From Podarcis tiliguerta (Eukaryota), in NCBI GenBank assembly GCA_965153285.1, contig OZ229122.1: a stretch of 64,000 bases of DNA. The stretch is one strand, 5' to 3'. A model generated the notes under the pieces. The model saw nothing but the letters and a program-made list of their open reading frames with translations, did not search any database and was not told the origin of the DNA. The position numbers and the translations under genes were made by a program. This document shows, one piece after another, positions 35,650-48,258 of this stretch. The stretch's first letter is position 1. Every line of letters starts with the position of its first letter.

Positions 35650-37100
35650 AGTGAGAAAGGTGGAGATCGATGTCGTGAAGGCCGCCAGGGAAAAGAGGTG
35701 CGGCGGCGGCGGTGTTGGTAGGAAGCAGAGACCATTATTTCAAAAACGCCACCACAGAGCAACAAACGCCGGACTCCGCCTGAGGGTGTGTTTGGCCAGA
35801 TTTCACCTTTTACAGCCTAGCGCCCTAGGCATGTTTTACTCGGGAGTAAACCCGTACTGCGCACGTTGGGCAGCGGCGGCGGAGGGTCGGGACGACCACA
35901 GACCCGACCTTTTGACAGGCGCTACATCCTATAGGCCATTTCTTCTCAGGAACCATGAGCTCCGCTTAGCTGACTTGGCGGCGGCGGGAAAGAGGAAGAA
36001 GATACGACTCAATAAAGTCCTGACGACATGGAATTAAGATTTAATTCTCCAAAGAGCCCGGCTGTGGTGGGGAACCATAAGGAGATTGGGGGGGGGGGAG
36101 AGACACCACCGTCATCCCCGCCGCCGCCGCCACCCCCACATAAGCTTCTGACAGACATTAGCCTCCTTTTCGGGTTATTCCTCCCTCTCGAGACTCGCCG
36201 CCCGCCCGCCTTTTTTTTTTTTTTTGGTTCGTTTAGTCTGGCCGTTGCTTCAGGCCACGCACGCACGCGCCGCAACCCCGCGCGCCATTCCCTCGCCGCC
36301 CCCATGGTTGGCTGGTGCGCGCGCGCGCGACGAGGGCGGAGGCGCGTGAGGGAGCGACTGACTGACTGACTGGGCTGGCTGGCTGGCCGCGCCCCTCCCC
36401 TCAGTCGTTTCCAGCCGTTGCCGAGGCGGCTTCTTTTCCTTCCTCTCTCTCTCTTTCCCTCACGCCCTCTTCCTCCTCCCGCTCGCTTCTGCCTTACAAG
36501 CCTCGCCGCGGGCGCAGTTTTCCAGGCAGCCGGGGCCAACTCCCACCGCCGCCGCCTTCCGCGGGGGTCTCATTCCCCTCACCCCTATTTTTTTTTTCCT
36601 GGTTCCCTCCCTTCCTCACACGCGCAGGCATTTCTCTCCCCTCCCTCCACACACACACACACGCTTTCCTCCTCCTCGCTTCGGCCGCCATGAACCCCAG
36701 CTGTGCCCGCTGCGGCAAGATCGTGTACCCGACCGAGAAGGTGAACTGCCTCGACAAGGTGGGTGCTGCTGCCGGGTGAGGAGAGGGCGGCGGCGGCGGC
36801 GACCGTTGAGCGGGCGGGGCTGCGAATCAGCGGAGGGGCTGAGGGCAAACTGAACTGGGGGTGCTGGTTCCCCCCCCATACACACACACTTGCGTTTGTG
36901 GGGCGGGCTTGGGGGGGTTGAAATCAGGCTCTTGGGGCGTGTCTCAAGCCGAGCTGGGGAAGGGGAGAGCAGGAGCAGTGGGGAAACAGGGAGGGTGGTG
37001 GGTGAGGCGGAAGAGGGGAAACGACCCCAGCAAAAAAGAGAGGGGGGGATCTAGGGGTGTGGTGGGTCGCGGGGAGCCCGTAGGTGTATGTCAGGGAGTG
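35650..37100 (+). promoter_or_regulatory. LASP1: LASP1 CpG island / promoter / 5' UTR
   Basis: High GC and CpG content, GC boxes, (CG)n run and GCCGCCATG Kozak context. Confidence 0.85.
36690..36758 (+). CDS. LASP1: LASP1 coding exon 1 ([23 protein letters not shown]), LIM domain start
   Basis: Matches human LASP1 [23 protein letters not shown]; donor AAG|gtgggt. Confidence 0.96.
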
Positions 37101-37961
37101 TAGAGGTCTCTTGGGGAAGGCGGTCGAGTGGGCAGTCCCCAAAGTGAGAAATTGGTGGGAGGGGAGAGTCTATGGTTTGGGGGGGGCGGGAGGAGGGTGT
37201 AAGGCACAAAAGGAAGGGGGGCGGTTTATGAATGGCTAGAGCGGAGGGGGGGGTCAGAGGGGTTGGGAATGGGAGACTAAGGGGCTGAATAAAAAGGGAG
37301 AAGGGGGAAAAGAGTTGCTATTTGGCGGGTGGGGGGTTGGTGATTGGAGTGTAGGCCAAAGGGCATGGCAGATAAGCAGAGAGCCTGGAGGAAAGGGGTG
37401 TGTGTGTATACAGTATATGTATGTAATACTCACTCACTCACACGCACACACCCAACCCAGAAAGGTGACAATAACAGGTTGTTCACTGAAAGGAACGAGT
37501 GCAGGGATTTTTCCCTGTCTTAGGGATCAGATCCCCTTCTCTTCCGTCCTCCCCACCCATCCCGAGAATGAGTTTCTTGGCTGGTGAATTGGAGGAGGCT
37601 TTCTGTGGATGCCCAGAGGGTGCTAGTAATAACAAGGAGGCAACTTTGAAAGGTGCTGAAGAGGATATAAAAGGTATTAGAGAGTGTGGTGTATTGCCTG
37701 CAAGGTGTGATGAGGAGCAACCTGGGTTTAGCAGCTGCTGAAATTCAAATGTTTTATGCCCTGGGGTGCACAGTAGTAATGGTTTGCAGCTTTGCAGGGA
37801 GACAGTATGGGGAATGTTTAAAGAGGGCTGTGATCTGTGGCAGCAGATTCACCCCACCCCCCTCCGGGGTTGCTAGTAGTAGACAAAGCTTGAAATAACT
37901 TGAGGAATGCAGAGATTTGGTCAGAAGTGGTGGTTAAGATATAGTTTGGGAGTGATTAGGT

Positions 37962-38088
37962 TAAAGTTACCAGACGTCCCTGTTTCCTGGGGACAGTCCC
38001 CGGATTTACAAAATCAGTCCTCATGCGAAATCCATTGAAGTTGAAAAGTGCCCCCCCCCCATTCATTGAAAAAAATCTGGTAACCTTA
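37962..38088. mobile_element. Short hAT-type MITE
   Basis: TIRs taaagttaccaga / tctggtaacctta; 8-bp flanks gattaggt / gagtaggt. Confidence 0.65.
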
Positions 38089-41000
38089 GAGTAGGTATGT
38101 GTATGAGAGTGTGTGTGTGTACACAAGAGAGCAAGTAAGTAGTCTCACTCCTAGTCTTGGTAGGTTTGACAGCTCCCATTTCCTAAAACAATGGAATAAG
38201 ACTGGATATTTAGATACCAGTAGATAGCTTGAATCACAACAGTCTGCCTTTTGAGAAAGAATCTGGCTTTAGGGGACACATATGGGAAAAGGCAAAGAGC
38301 ATGTGCTGTCAACACAGCAAATCACCAAAGGAGATGCATTCTTAGATCATTCATCTGGCACTCTCTTAGATTGCTTTTCTTCCTATCAGTAGTGACTGTT
38401 AGTACTCCCCAAGCCGTCTCCCTCAAATACTACAGTCTTCCCCTTTATCTGAAGGGTGTGAGCATTGAGGTAACCTAAACAAATCTGCAGTCTAGCTTTC
38501 CCCTATCTTTCCCCTTGTTTCCCTTTTTCCTTATTTTCTCTTCAGAGTGGTAGGTAGGGGCAAAATTAGATTGGGAAATAAGCAAGCTATAGCTTATAGC
38601 ATTTCTACCAAGTCTTCTGTCCAATAAGAGGTGGCTGTATGGCAATATTGGAGAAAAGCACCTTCTCAATTTCTCCATTAAAAAAATCTATGGAACAACT
38701 GAATGTGATGTTGGAGGTATTCCAGTTATTCCAGTTTTGACTGCTAAGGTTAAAAGACAGGAATTTCTGAGCTGTTCTCAGCTGCTTGTGTGAACCCCAT
38801 TTTAAGAAGCAGTGTAAGTGCCACATCACCTCAACTTTTTTTCTGTAATGTTCTTAAACTAGTTTCTGATAAAGCCAGTAACAAAGAGAACTTCTAGTGC
38901 TTTTTATTTTCCGCAGTTACAAACACAGCTGGGTGTCTCAACAGACAAAATGAAAAGGGACTAACAAGCTATCATCTGCTTTACATTTAGATTCTGTTCC
39001 CTTGCCTCCTCCCTCCAGATGGATTGTTCAGCAGTGTTTCAGAGTTTAAAAACTTAGAATTGGTTTTATAGATTTATTTAAAGAGCAGGCTTACTCCTTT
39101 TTGCTGCTGCTGTTTGTGTTTGTTTAAGTTTTTTAATCTTTTATGCCATATTCCAAGACTGAAGAGAGACCAGATTTAGTTTTGCGGATGATTGTCAATA
39201 CCAGAATAATTAGTAGTTCTTAATAAGTGTAATTAGTCTTAGTTACACTAATTATTTCTCCAACAAAATTTTGTAAGACTTAGAAAAATGTGTCCGAAAA
39301 ATACATATATCTCAATCACATCACTCCAAATTCAAGAAATTCAACTCCCCCCCCCCCATTCCTTGTTCCCAGTCCAAAGTGAACTTAGCTGTGTAACTGC
39401 ATCCATTTTCTCTTCAGAGTGGTAGGTAGGGGCAAAACTAGGCTTTATTTCAGCCAGGTCAAAGACCCAGTTTGGCACACATACAGGCTGGGAGCCTCAA
39501 TGGTGCTCCTCTGGAGCCTTCACCCTGGCAAAAAAATGTGATTAGCCAGCCCACCTGCCCTGTAGCTACAGCTCTGTGGTAGGCATATCCCACCATCACT
39601 TTGCAGTAGTCTGTCAGTATCCCTTTTAATTCACTTTAAACTAGATTCATTTAAGTCCTAATCTGGTTTGGATATTTAAAGCAAAAGGGGCATGTGGATG
39701 AAGGAAACTTGAATTCTCACAAAAGTGCACCACTTACCTCCTTATAGCCTCTGAACCCAGGTGCTTTTTGCCAAGCCATGTTCTCTAGTATCAGACCTTA
39801 AAGGGTGGGTGTGTCAGGATAGTCAATTACATGCAGAAGAGGGTTTATATCACCTGCGTTCCTTTCTTCTCTGTTTAAAGAAAAAATCACATCCACTCCC
39901 TGCTTTATCAAGGAATGCTGCAGGCATAGGTTGAAAGAAATAAGCCTGCTGATTGTCCTATAAAAATGTGTGTTTTTTTAACTAGATTAATACAAAATGC
40001 AGATGGGGTGATGCAAAATATTCCTACAGTCTTAAAGATGGATGTTTTGAGAAGAAGGGGTTGTTTTTAAAAGGGAGAGAAAGAATCAGAAGTCCTGGGT
40101 TATAGGCACTGTGCTATGTGTGTCTTGTATATTTCCAAATTGTGCAGCACATGGTTTGTTTACAGGTTCATCAGGATTATATTGTACCCCCTCACCTCCA
40201 TACACATTCTGGACTTTTAAAAATTTCATATTCCTAGGTGCCTTAGTGAGGCATTTGGAGTTTTCCAGCTCCACACATTGTGCCTCTTTTGGAAAGAGCG
40301 GACAATATTTCCACAAGCTATAGCTACTGATTAGATATTTGTGTTCTGAGGTGGTAGAGGAGTGTTTTTTAATCCAACTGTGTGTTGCTGAAGTTCCTGC
40401 TGAGTTTCCTGGTGTGAACAATAGAAAGCAAAAAACCCCTTTTATTGAATGCAGTGAAGGGGTATAATTTGACATGCAGAATAGTCACTGGTCTAGTTTT
40501 CATTCAGAGCAAGTTGTACTAGTGCTTGCTGATAATAATAATTGAGCCAGTGTTTCAGAGAAGAATGTTTATGGGGAAATAAGAGGAGGAAAGAAACTGT
40601 CCCACCTTCACAAAAGAAGAGATTTTATCCCCCCACATACATCACTGCCCACTGTTCGGTAGTGTTTATCTCATAGTGGGGATTTGCATGGCTTTGACAA
40701 AATGCTGATAGAACTGGTGTGGAATTGAGCCTGAACACTAAGTTCAGAACTGCTGTTTTAGATCTCTGTGCTTCAGCAAATGTAGAAACTGGCACACTGG
40801 CTCCCTTGGTCAGCATCAGAACTCAAGGCATACATCTGTGTGTTCTAGGAGTTGCATTGCATATAAGATGAGTGTCAGGCTGTCGTTAAAGAGACCATAG
40901 CTGTCAACCTTTCCTTTTTCTTGCAAGGAATCCTATTCGGAATAAGGGAATTTCCCTTAAAAAAAGGGGAACATTGCCAGATATGTAAGGAGACAGCATT

Positions 41001-43743
41001 TCTGAAGAGTTAAGGTTAACTTCCATATAACCATATATGGATCCAAATGGCAGGTGATGTTGAAATGTAGATTTGTCTTAAGTTTACTGGTTTTCCTTAG
41101 TGTGCAGACCGCTGTCATATCAACTTTCCAGATATTGTCTCAAGTAGCTTCAACTTACAGTACTGGTATTCCACACAAGTATTCTGTGATCTTGGTGACT
41201 TAATTTTGGGTATAATTTCCAAGTTTCAAAAAGGTGAGGGTGAGAGGAACATTTTAAAGCTGACTAGCTGTATTTCTTCAAGCATTTGCTTCCTCTGTGA
41301 CTGGGGGTGGTGGTTGAATTTTAAACTTTGTATGCAGACAGAAGCTGTTGAGGATTTAAAGCGTCTCTGTTAAGCTGAAGTAATGTGTGAGCGCGGCCCC
41401 ACACTACACTAGCTTCAGTTTTCCATTTTATGTTTAAGGTAAAGTTTAAGCCACATAGCTTTACCCAGGGATAAGCTTGTACGTGATTGCAAACTATGAG
41501 TACATACTTGACAGAATGCTAATGTTGAAGGTTGAGTAGCTTTTTGTCTTGGGGCAGTATTGGAGTTGCATGCTCCTTGGTTATGTGCTTGAGATGCAGT
41601 TTTTAGACAGCCTGAAGTCTGCATACATACTGAAGTTGGAAATGCTGTGGTTTAGAAAAGTTATTTAAGGCTCTCTGCAACCCTGCATCCTTTTGGTAAT
41701 GAAAGACTTGTTATTGCCCAAAGTCTGAATTGTTGCAGTAGACTACAAAAATAAATAAATGGGTATTTACTTATACTAAAAAGTCTGCCAGTCTGGGGTA
41801 CAAAACTTGGCAGACATTTCGGGAATGCAGTGACCCTTACTCTCTATTGCTAATGCAGTTTTAAATATGTGTAAACATAAATGAGTCTGAAAATCTTAAG
41901 GTTTCATATATGTGCATTAGAAACGGCTAGAGGTTACATAACAGGAAGAGTTAATAACAAGTTTTGCCTGTTAGCAACCAGAGGGGCCTGTTGAGCACAA
42001 TACAGAAATTCATTTCTGCAAGAGGAATTGGCCATCAGCCATAGGTGAAGGTGCAAATCTATTGCCCTGGGCGATCAAAGTGAGACAGGCTTGCTTTGCT
42101 CGAATACTGAGTCATCCCATGCTAGGTTGTGGGCATGTTTAAGTATTGGGTGTGGTACTCTCTCATTCACACCATACCGTATTTTCAATATAATGCAGCC
42201 ATCACTAAATGTTGGTTTTACAAGACTAGCAAACCTAGCTGTAGATCTTGGTCATTAAATAGAATTCTGGCATTTGCTTATTATAATATTTCTTTTAAAA
42301 GCTGAAAATTTTGCACATGAAGGAAGTACAGGTCAGCTGGTAGAACCTGTGGACAGAGCAACTTAACTAGGTACAATCACATCATAAAATATAAACTTCA
42401 CTTTGCATGGTATCTGATAGTTTCTACGGAAGTTTGTTCAAGTCAAGTTTTTTTAGCTCTTACAGATGAAAAGTAAAGCCAAAAAGGAGTCCCTGTGAAG
42501 TTTTTGATAGTGTGCTGGCTTAGAAGCCCCTTCTTTTACATACCCACGGACATATCTCTATTTTTCATGCTGCTAAGAAGGGGGCATAGAGAGGCATTAT
42601 TGCCCAAACGTCTTGCTCTCCACCTTTAGAAATATGTTCCAACTTTTTTCTTCTTAATATCCCAGTCTGGGTTTTTAAAGATAATTTTATTTCTGAACCA
42701 TTGACTTTTCTGCATGATCACAAACATTCACAAAATGTTTTGGAAGGATATTGTAAAATACTTGTGATCTCGTACATTTTCTCAGAGCATGTGAACTTTA
42801 GAAAATAATTACATCCCTTTCATCATTTAGATGATGTGCCACTCCTGAACATGTGCATTATTTCCCACAATAGTCCACATATTCCCTTCCCCTAAGCGGT
42901 TAGTGCTGAATATTTTTCAGAACTGTCCAGAATGGTTTGTAGAATTTAGAATGTGTTTAAGATAAAACAAGTGACTTTCTGATCGTTTGCTTCGCTTGTT
43001 TGACAGAGGTGAGTAATTGCACTTCCAAGCTGTGGAAAGTGGGAGAAATTAGCATAGATTTTCAAAATGTAGCAAATGCTCTTGCTCTCAAAATCCAGTA
43101 TCTTGTAGTCAAACTGGCATGCTGTTTGGCTATAAGAGATCTCCAGCTCACCATGTGGTTGTGGAAATCTGTATTTCTACTTATTACCAGAATAGTTGCT
43201 GGTTGACAATTCTGTGTTACCTGTTCTCAGTGTGGAGCTTTTCTCCTAGTCTGCTTTTTATAAGACATAAAATATTTCATTTCGAGGAGCATCTGGGAAT
43301 CAAGGCTGCTTTAGCATCAATCTTGCATGATGAGCTATCTTTCAAGACCATATGGAAAGCCTACTACAGTGGTTTCAGAGTTACTGTGAAAGGAGACCTT
43401 CCTCAGCGTATCAGGATTAGATTTCTGTGCTAAGGCCACATATGGCAACTTCCTGTTGGGGGAGGGTGGGGAGAGAACTCGCAGTCAGGTGATGAGTTGG
43501 AAATATTTCCTAAGGCTCATCATGTGCCAATATAATACAATTTTGGTTAGCGCTGACCACATTGTATAAACTGCTAATGCTTGTTTGTTGAAAAACAAAT
43601 AGGTCATTGACTGAATACAAAGGAATGTTTTCCCTAGCCTGTCTTTAAACTTTAAACACAGTGTGTTTTTGGGTTGAGTAAATGCTGTTGAAAGGCTCTT
43701 TGGTCAAGCATATGTCTAAACAGACCTTCATAATGGAGCAGAC

Positions 43744-43932
43744 CAGAGCTTTCCAAACTGTGTGTCATGACACGTTAGTGTGTCGGCTGCAGCGTGTAGC
43801 TGTGTTGCATGAACGCTCCCAGGGCAGGAAAGGGGTTAGTTTAACCTCTGGTTTGCTACTAAAACCTGTGTTTCTGTGTTGCAAAATGATGCATATCTAA
43901 AAAGTGTTTTACCTGAAGTTTGGAAAGCTCTG
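43744..43932. mobile_element. hAT-type MITE
   Basis: TIRs cagagctttccaaact / agtttggaaagctctg; flanks gagcagac / gaggagac. Confidence 0.75.
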
Positions 43933-44096
43933 GAGGAGACAGTGCTGCAGGATACTAGAAAGAGTCTTCTTGCAGCATGCCTGATTGTAATTTCTAGAGG
44001 CTAATAGCCACAGCTGGGAAAAACATTTTCCAGCTAGGAAGAAGTAGCCCACTATAAAACTTTCTACATTAACACTTGTTTCTCATGTTTTCCCAG

Positions 44097-44191
44097 TTTT
44101 GGCATAAAGCATGTTTCCACTGCGAGGTCTGCAAGATGACTCTCAACATGAAAAACTACAAGGGCTATGAGAAGAAGCCGTATTGCAATGC
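44097..44191 (+). CDS. LASP1: LASP1 coding exon 2 ([32 protein letters not shown])
   Basis: FWHKAC and MTLNMKN are LASP1-type (LASP2/NEBL has YWHKGC and MALNMNN); acceptor ttttcccag, donor gtaagt. Confidence 0.96.
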
Positions 44192-46924
44192 GTAAGTTGC
44201 TGGTGTTCACATTACTTTGCCCTTCTACCCTGTAAAGCTGGTTGTGTATAGCTGCAAGTGAAAAGTATATTTCAAGGGGCTGTATGTATCTGGAAATCTC
44301 AATGCAATTTAGTTGTTGAATGTGGCAGGCAAGAGACACAAGGAAAGAAGCTGAGCTGATACCTGTGGAGGTATTAATCCTAATTAGTCCATCCTTTCAA
44401 AGTATCCTTCTAAACCCTTGTCAATGACTCTGAGAGAATGGAATTTGTTATTCATTAGGAAGCTAGTGCCAACAGCATGATAGGTGACCTATTTTATTTT
44501 TCAAAAATTCTGAACTTTATCCTGACAAATTCCAGTGTGGTATACAATAATAAAAATACAGTAGTATAAACATCAAATCCCACATCCTTCATAACAAAAT
44601 GAAACTATAGCACAGGGGAGGGGAGGGGAGTCTCCAGTCCAGATTTGGCCTGCAGTTGGACTTATTCTGGTCCTCTCTGTCCCCTCTCACCCATCACCTC
44701 TTCAGCTGGGAGATGCATTTCCTCCCCCATCAGCTGTTTCATGTTAAACAGCTGATCTGTGCAATCAGCTTAGCTGGGGGGAAAGGGGAAGAGGGAACCA
44801 AAAAGAGTGTACCATTGCATTGGGAGGTGGGGGAGAGTCTTTCTTTACAACCTCCTTTGCAAGATGTGAAATTGCAACTCCTTCCTGCGCAAGGAGATCT
44901 TCTGTAGGAAGTAAGAAACTCTAGCTACGTGAAGACTTGAGCTTGCACTTTGCTAATATGCAAAAGGTTCTCCATACATTTTGCAATTGTTTACATGCAA
45001 TTTTTGGGATGCAATTTCATTTTGAAGTTTGAGACTTTGAATAGTTGTAAGGCAAGGTTTGCTATTCAGCTGTACATTGTATTCTTCTGGGATCGCTGAA
45101 CTTTTTTGACAGGTAAAAGGAAAGCTTTCGTTCTTACAAGATTGGTTTTTTAAAAGTCTTTGGAGAAAGTGGAAGATGTAACCTGAGTGCAGTTACTAAG
45201 AATTTAACATATGTGTCTTTCCACGGGAAGTAGAATTTAATCTGTGTGAGATTGTCAGTGATGTATGATTATGTATGACTATTGAAATGTGGCCTCTGAC
45301 AGCTTTTCACTGGGGTAATGTGGCCCTCCATCCCAAAAAGTTCCTCCTTTCCTGCTGTAAAGCAAGTAGAGGCAAGGCAATAAAACTAACTTAAGACCTG
45401 GGCAAATAAATATGTCTTAACATGGCACCGAAGGGATTGCAACAATGACACAGTCCACAAAGTGATGTCCTCAGTGCTAGAATGTTGGTAATTTTAAGCA
45501 TGGATGGATAATGCAAAAGTCATGGGATAGCAAGAAGGATATATGGATTAACTAGTGGCCGTGATTCAAGAAAAACTCTGAAAGCAGCAAGTATTTCAGA
45601 GGAGGACATGAAAGGGAAAGATCAACAGTGCCAATAGCAAAAGAACAGGAAGATGAAAATCTTCAAAACTAAGTTTGCAGTAGAAAGGAATTGGAGATCA
45701 TAAAAAGAGATGGCATGGAAATATTTGGGTCAAGAAAGCTGCTTCAGAAGCTTTCTGAAAAGGCTTAGGGACGGGGAAGACTTGGGAGCAAGTCAGGGTT
45801 AGGAATTTTTGGTAAGGAGTAAAAGTTATACATAAGTGTAGGCGAAAGTATGTGGCAAGATTCTGTTCAGGAAAGTTGCCTCCAACCATTTTGAGGCTGC
45901 CCCCACACCACAGCCCATCCCGTTCAGCAAATTCCCTTGAGTCCCTGTGTTGCATGCGTGGGTAGCGGGGACTGCCAGATGTAGGAGGTGGTGGGAAGTA
46001 CATTTCCACCAGTCCCATTAGCACACTTAACTCTGGATCCAGCCCAGAATAACTACATCATCTGGTCCAAAGATGAAAGCGAGATGAGAATATTGTTAAG
46101 AAGTGACAGATACATTTAAGAAACAAACAGAACATGTGATTAGCCACAGTGGTTTGCTATTATAAACATGGGTTTGAGTAAAGCCTGTGAAAATGGTGAC
46201 TGCCCGCAACCCTTGACCCATGTCTGTTACTTGGCATTCTCAAGAGGTGGAAAAATTAATTTCCCCCTTCAGCTTCTACAAGACCCACTCACTTGTAACA
46301 AACAGAATGAAGCTGTGCTTTACCAGCAGCTTATGGCTCATTTAGACAGATCTAAATGCTTGGGAAAGCCTCATTTCCAGTGTTTTTGCTCATGCTTCCA
46401 ACCGCCACTTCTGTCTGGAGATATGGGATACTTTAGTTCACAACTGGTCTCCTGATCAAGACAGATGCTGTCTTCCCCAGGACAATTGCCATGCTCCTGG
46501 TTGTGTCACTAATAGTCAAGATGGCTGCAAGGTGACCTCCTCTCCTCCAGTTCATCACCTCCAAACCTCGGTTTTCCATTCAGCTTGCTATGCCCATGAA
46601 GGTAGCTTAGACTATGGTAAAGCTTTGTTCTTGCCCCATTCTTCTTGATGAAAACTTCAGCAGCACTGGGTGGGAAATTTGAGTATTTAGATAGAGCAGT
46701 AGAGTACGGAGTTGTCCCTTTATGGGCAGCAATTCAGGAAGTGTGTATGTGGGATAGAACTTCAAGAGAGGCTTTAAGGGCACCCAGAATCCATGTCCAG
46801 AGCAAGGATATTTTAGGAGGTGGGGTGCTACTGGGTTTTTCTGAGCTTAGTTGTACCACATGCCACATTCAGCATCCGTCAAGAGAGGTAACACAAATTG
46901 TTTATTTCTATGGTTCTAGATTTA

Positions 46925-47856
46925 GGTAGGTAGCTTTGTTGGTCTGACACAGTCAAAATATATTTAAAAAAATTAAAAAATTGTCCAGTAGCACCCTAGA
47001 CACTGTTGCAGGAATTTATGTATAGGTTGGGGGGGCTTGCCCCTCCAGCACATATCATGCACATGCAGCCCACTACCAAAATCAGCACAATCACTTTTGT
47101 GACTTTTGTGATTTGTCCCCATGAAACACTTCATTACAATTTATTCCTATCTATTCAAAGGGCCTTTGCTGCACGAATCCAAATGTAACAATTCACTGAC
47201 AAATGTATCTATGTACTGGCTCACTGGGAAAACTTCAGAAATTCATATAGACCTGTGAGCTCAGCTACTCATCAGCCCCTCTGCCTGAGTGATAATCCCT
47301 GGCATCCTGATACCTGAGTGCCAGACAGGTAGCCATTCCAGAAATAACAAACCCAGATGAAGACAAAAGGGTGTGATTACCTTGGATGGGAAACAAGGAA
47401 ATGTAAATATCTTTTTTGTTACACTTGATGGGTGTTTGGTGGAGGGCAAGGAGAACCATGGGGCAGGGTCCAGGATGCTCAGATTACTGCCACCAGACCT
47501 CCCCTTTCATGATGTAACCGTGATGTATGAGTGATGTAGTTTGGGGTGTGTGACATGGGGATTAGCAGCTAATAAGAGTTTGGGGGCTCTTTTGTTTGGG
47601 GCTTCCATCTTGTTCCGCCTTGTGGCAGGTGGGAGTCCTGTCACGATAGTCTTCAATAAAGACCAAGCCTACTAACTGCTGTTTTGCTCTGGTATTCCTG
47701 GCTGGTGTCCTTGTTTTTTTGTCCAAGAGAGCCCTCAGATTTCTCCGTTAACAAGACCAACTAAGTTTGTTCTTGGTATAAGCTTTCATGTGCATGCACA
47801 CGAAAGCTTATAGCGAGAACAAAGTAGTTGGTCTCTAAGGTGCTACTGGACAATTT
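46925..47856. mobile_element. Penelope-like-element-related palindromic remnant, split by a solo LTR
   Basis: Inverted arms ttgtccagtagcacc...agaccaacta...ataagctttc / gaaagcttata...tagttggtct...ggtgctactggacaa. Confidence 0.55.
47004..47753 (+). mobile_element. Putative solo LTR (~750 bp)
   Basis: TGTT...AACA termini, internal AATAAA near 47656, 4-bp flanks acac / agac; interrupts the host palindrome. Confidence 0.6.
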
Positions 47857-47894
47857 TTATTTTTATTCTTTTTGTTTATTCCTATGAATCTTAA

Positions 47895-48258
47895 GGGACG
47901 CGGGTGGCGCTGTGGGTTAAAGCCTCAGTGCCTAGGGCTTGCCGATCGAAAGGTCGGCGGTTCAAATCCCCGCGGCGGGGTGCGCTCCCGCTGTTCGGTC
48001 CCAGCGCCTGCCAACCTAGCAGTTCGAAAGCACCCCTGGGTGCAAGTAGATAAATAGGGACCGCTTACTAGCGGGAAGGTAAACGGCGTTTCCGTGTGCG
48101 GTTCTGGCTCGCCAGAGCAGCGATGTCACGCTGGCCACGTGACCCGGAAGTGTCTTCGGACAGCGCTGGCCTTTGGCCTCTTTGAGTGAGATGGGCACAC
48201 AACCCTAGAGTCTGTCAAGACTGGCCCGAACGGGCAGGGGTACCTTTACCTTTACCTT
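47895..48258 (+). mobile_element. Sauria SINE with (ACCTTT)3 tail and 10-bp TSD
   Basis: TSD tatgaatctt at 47883-47892 and 48259-48268. Confidence 0.9.

Noticed and set aside
47760-47856. Active hammerhead ribozyme
   Set aside because: The CUGANGA core is missing; only the flanking stem and GAAA remain.
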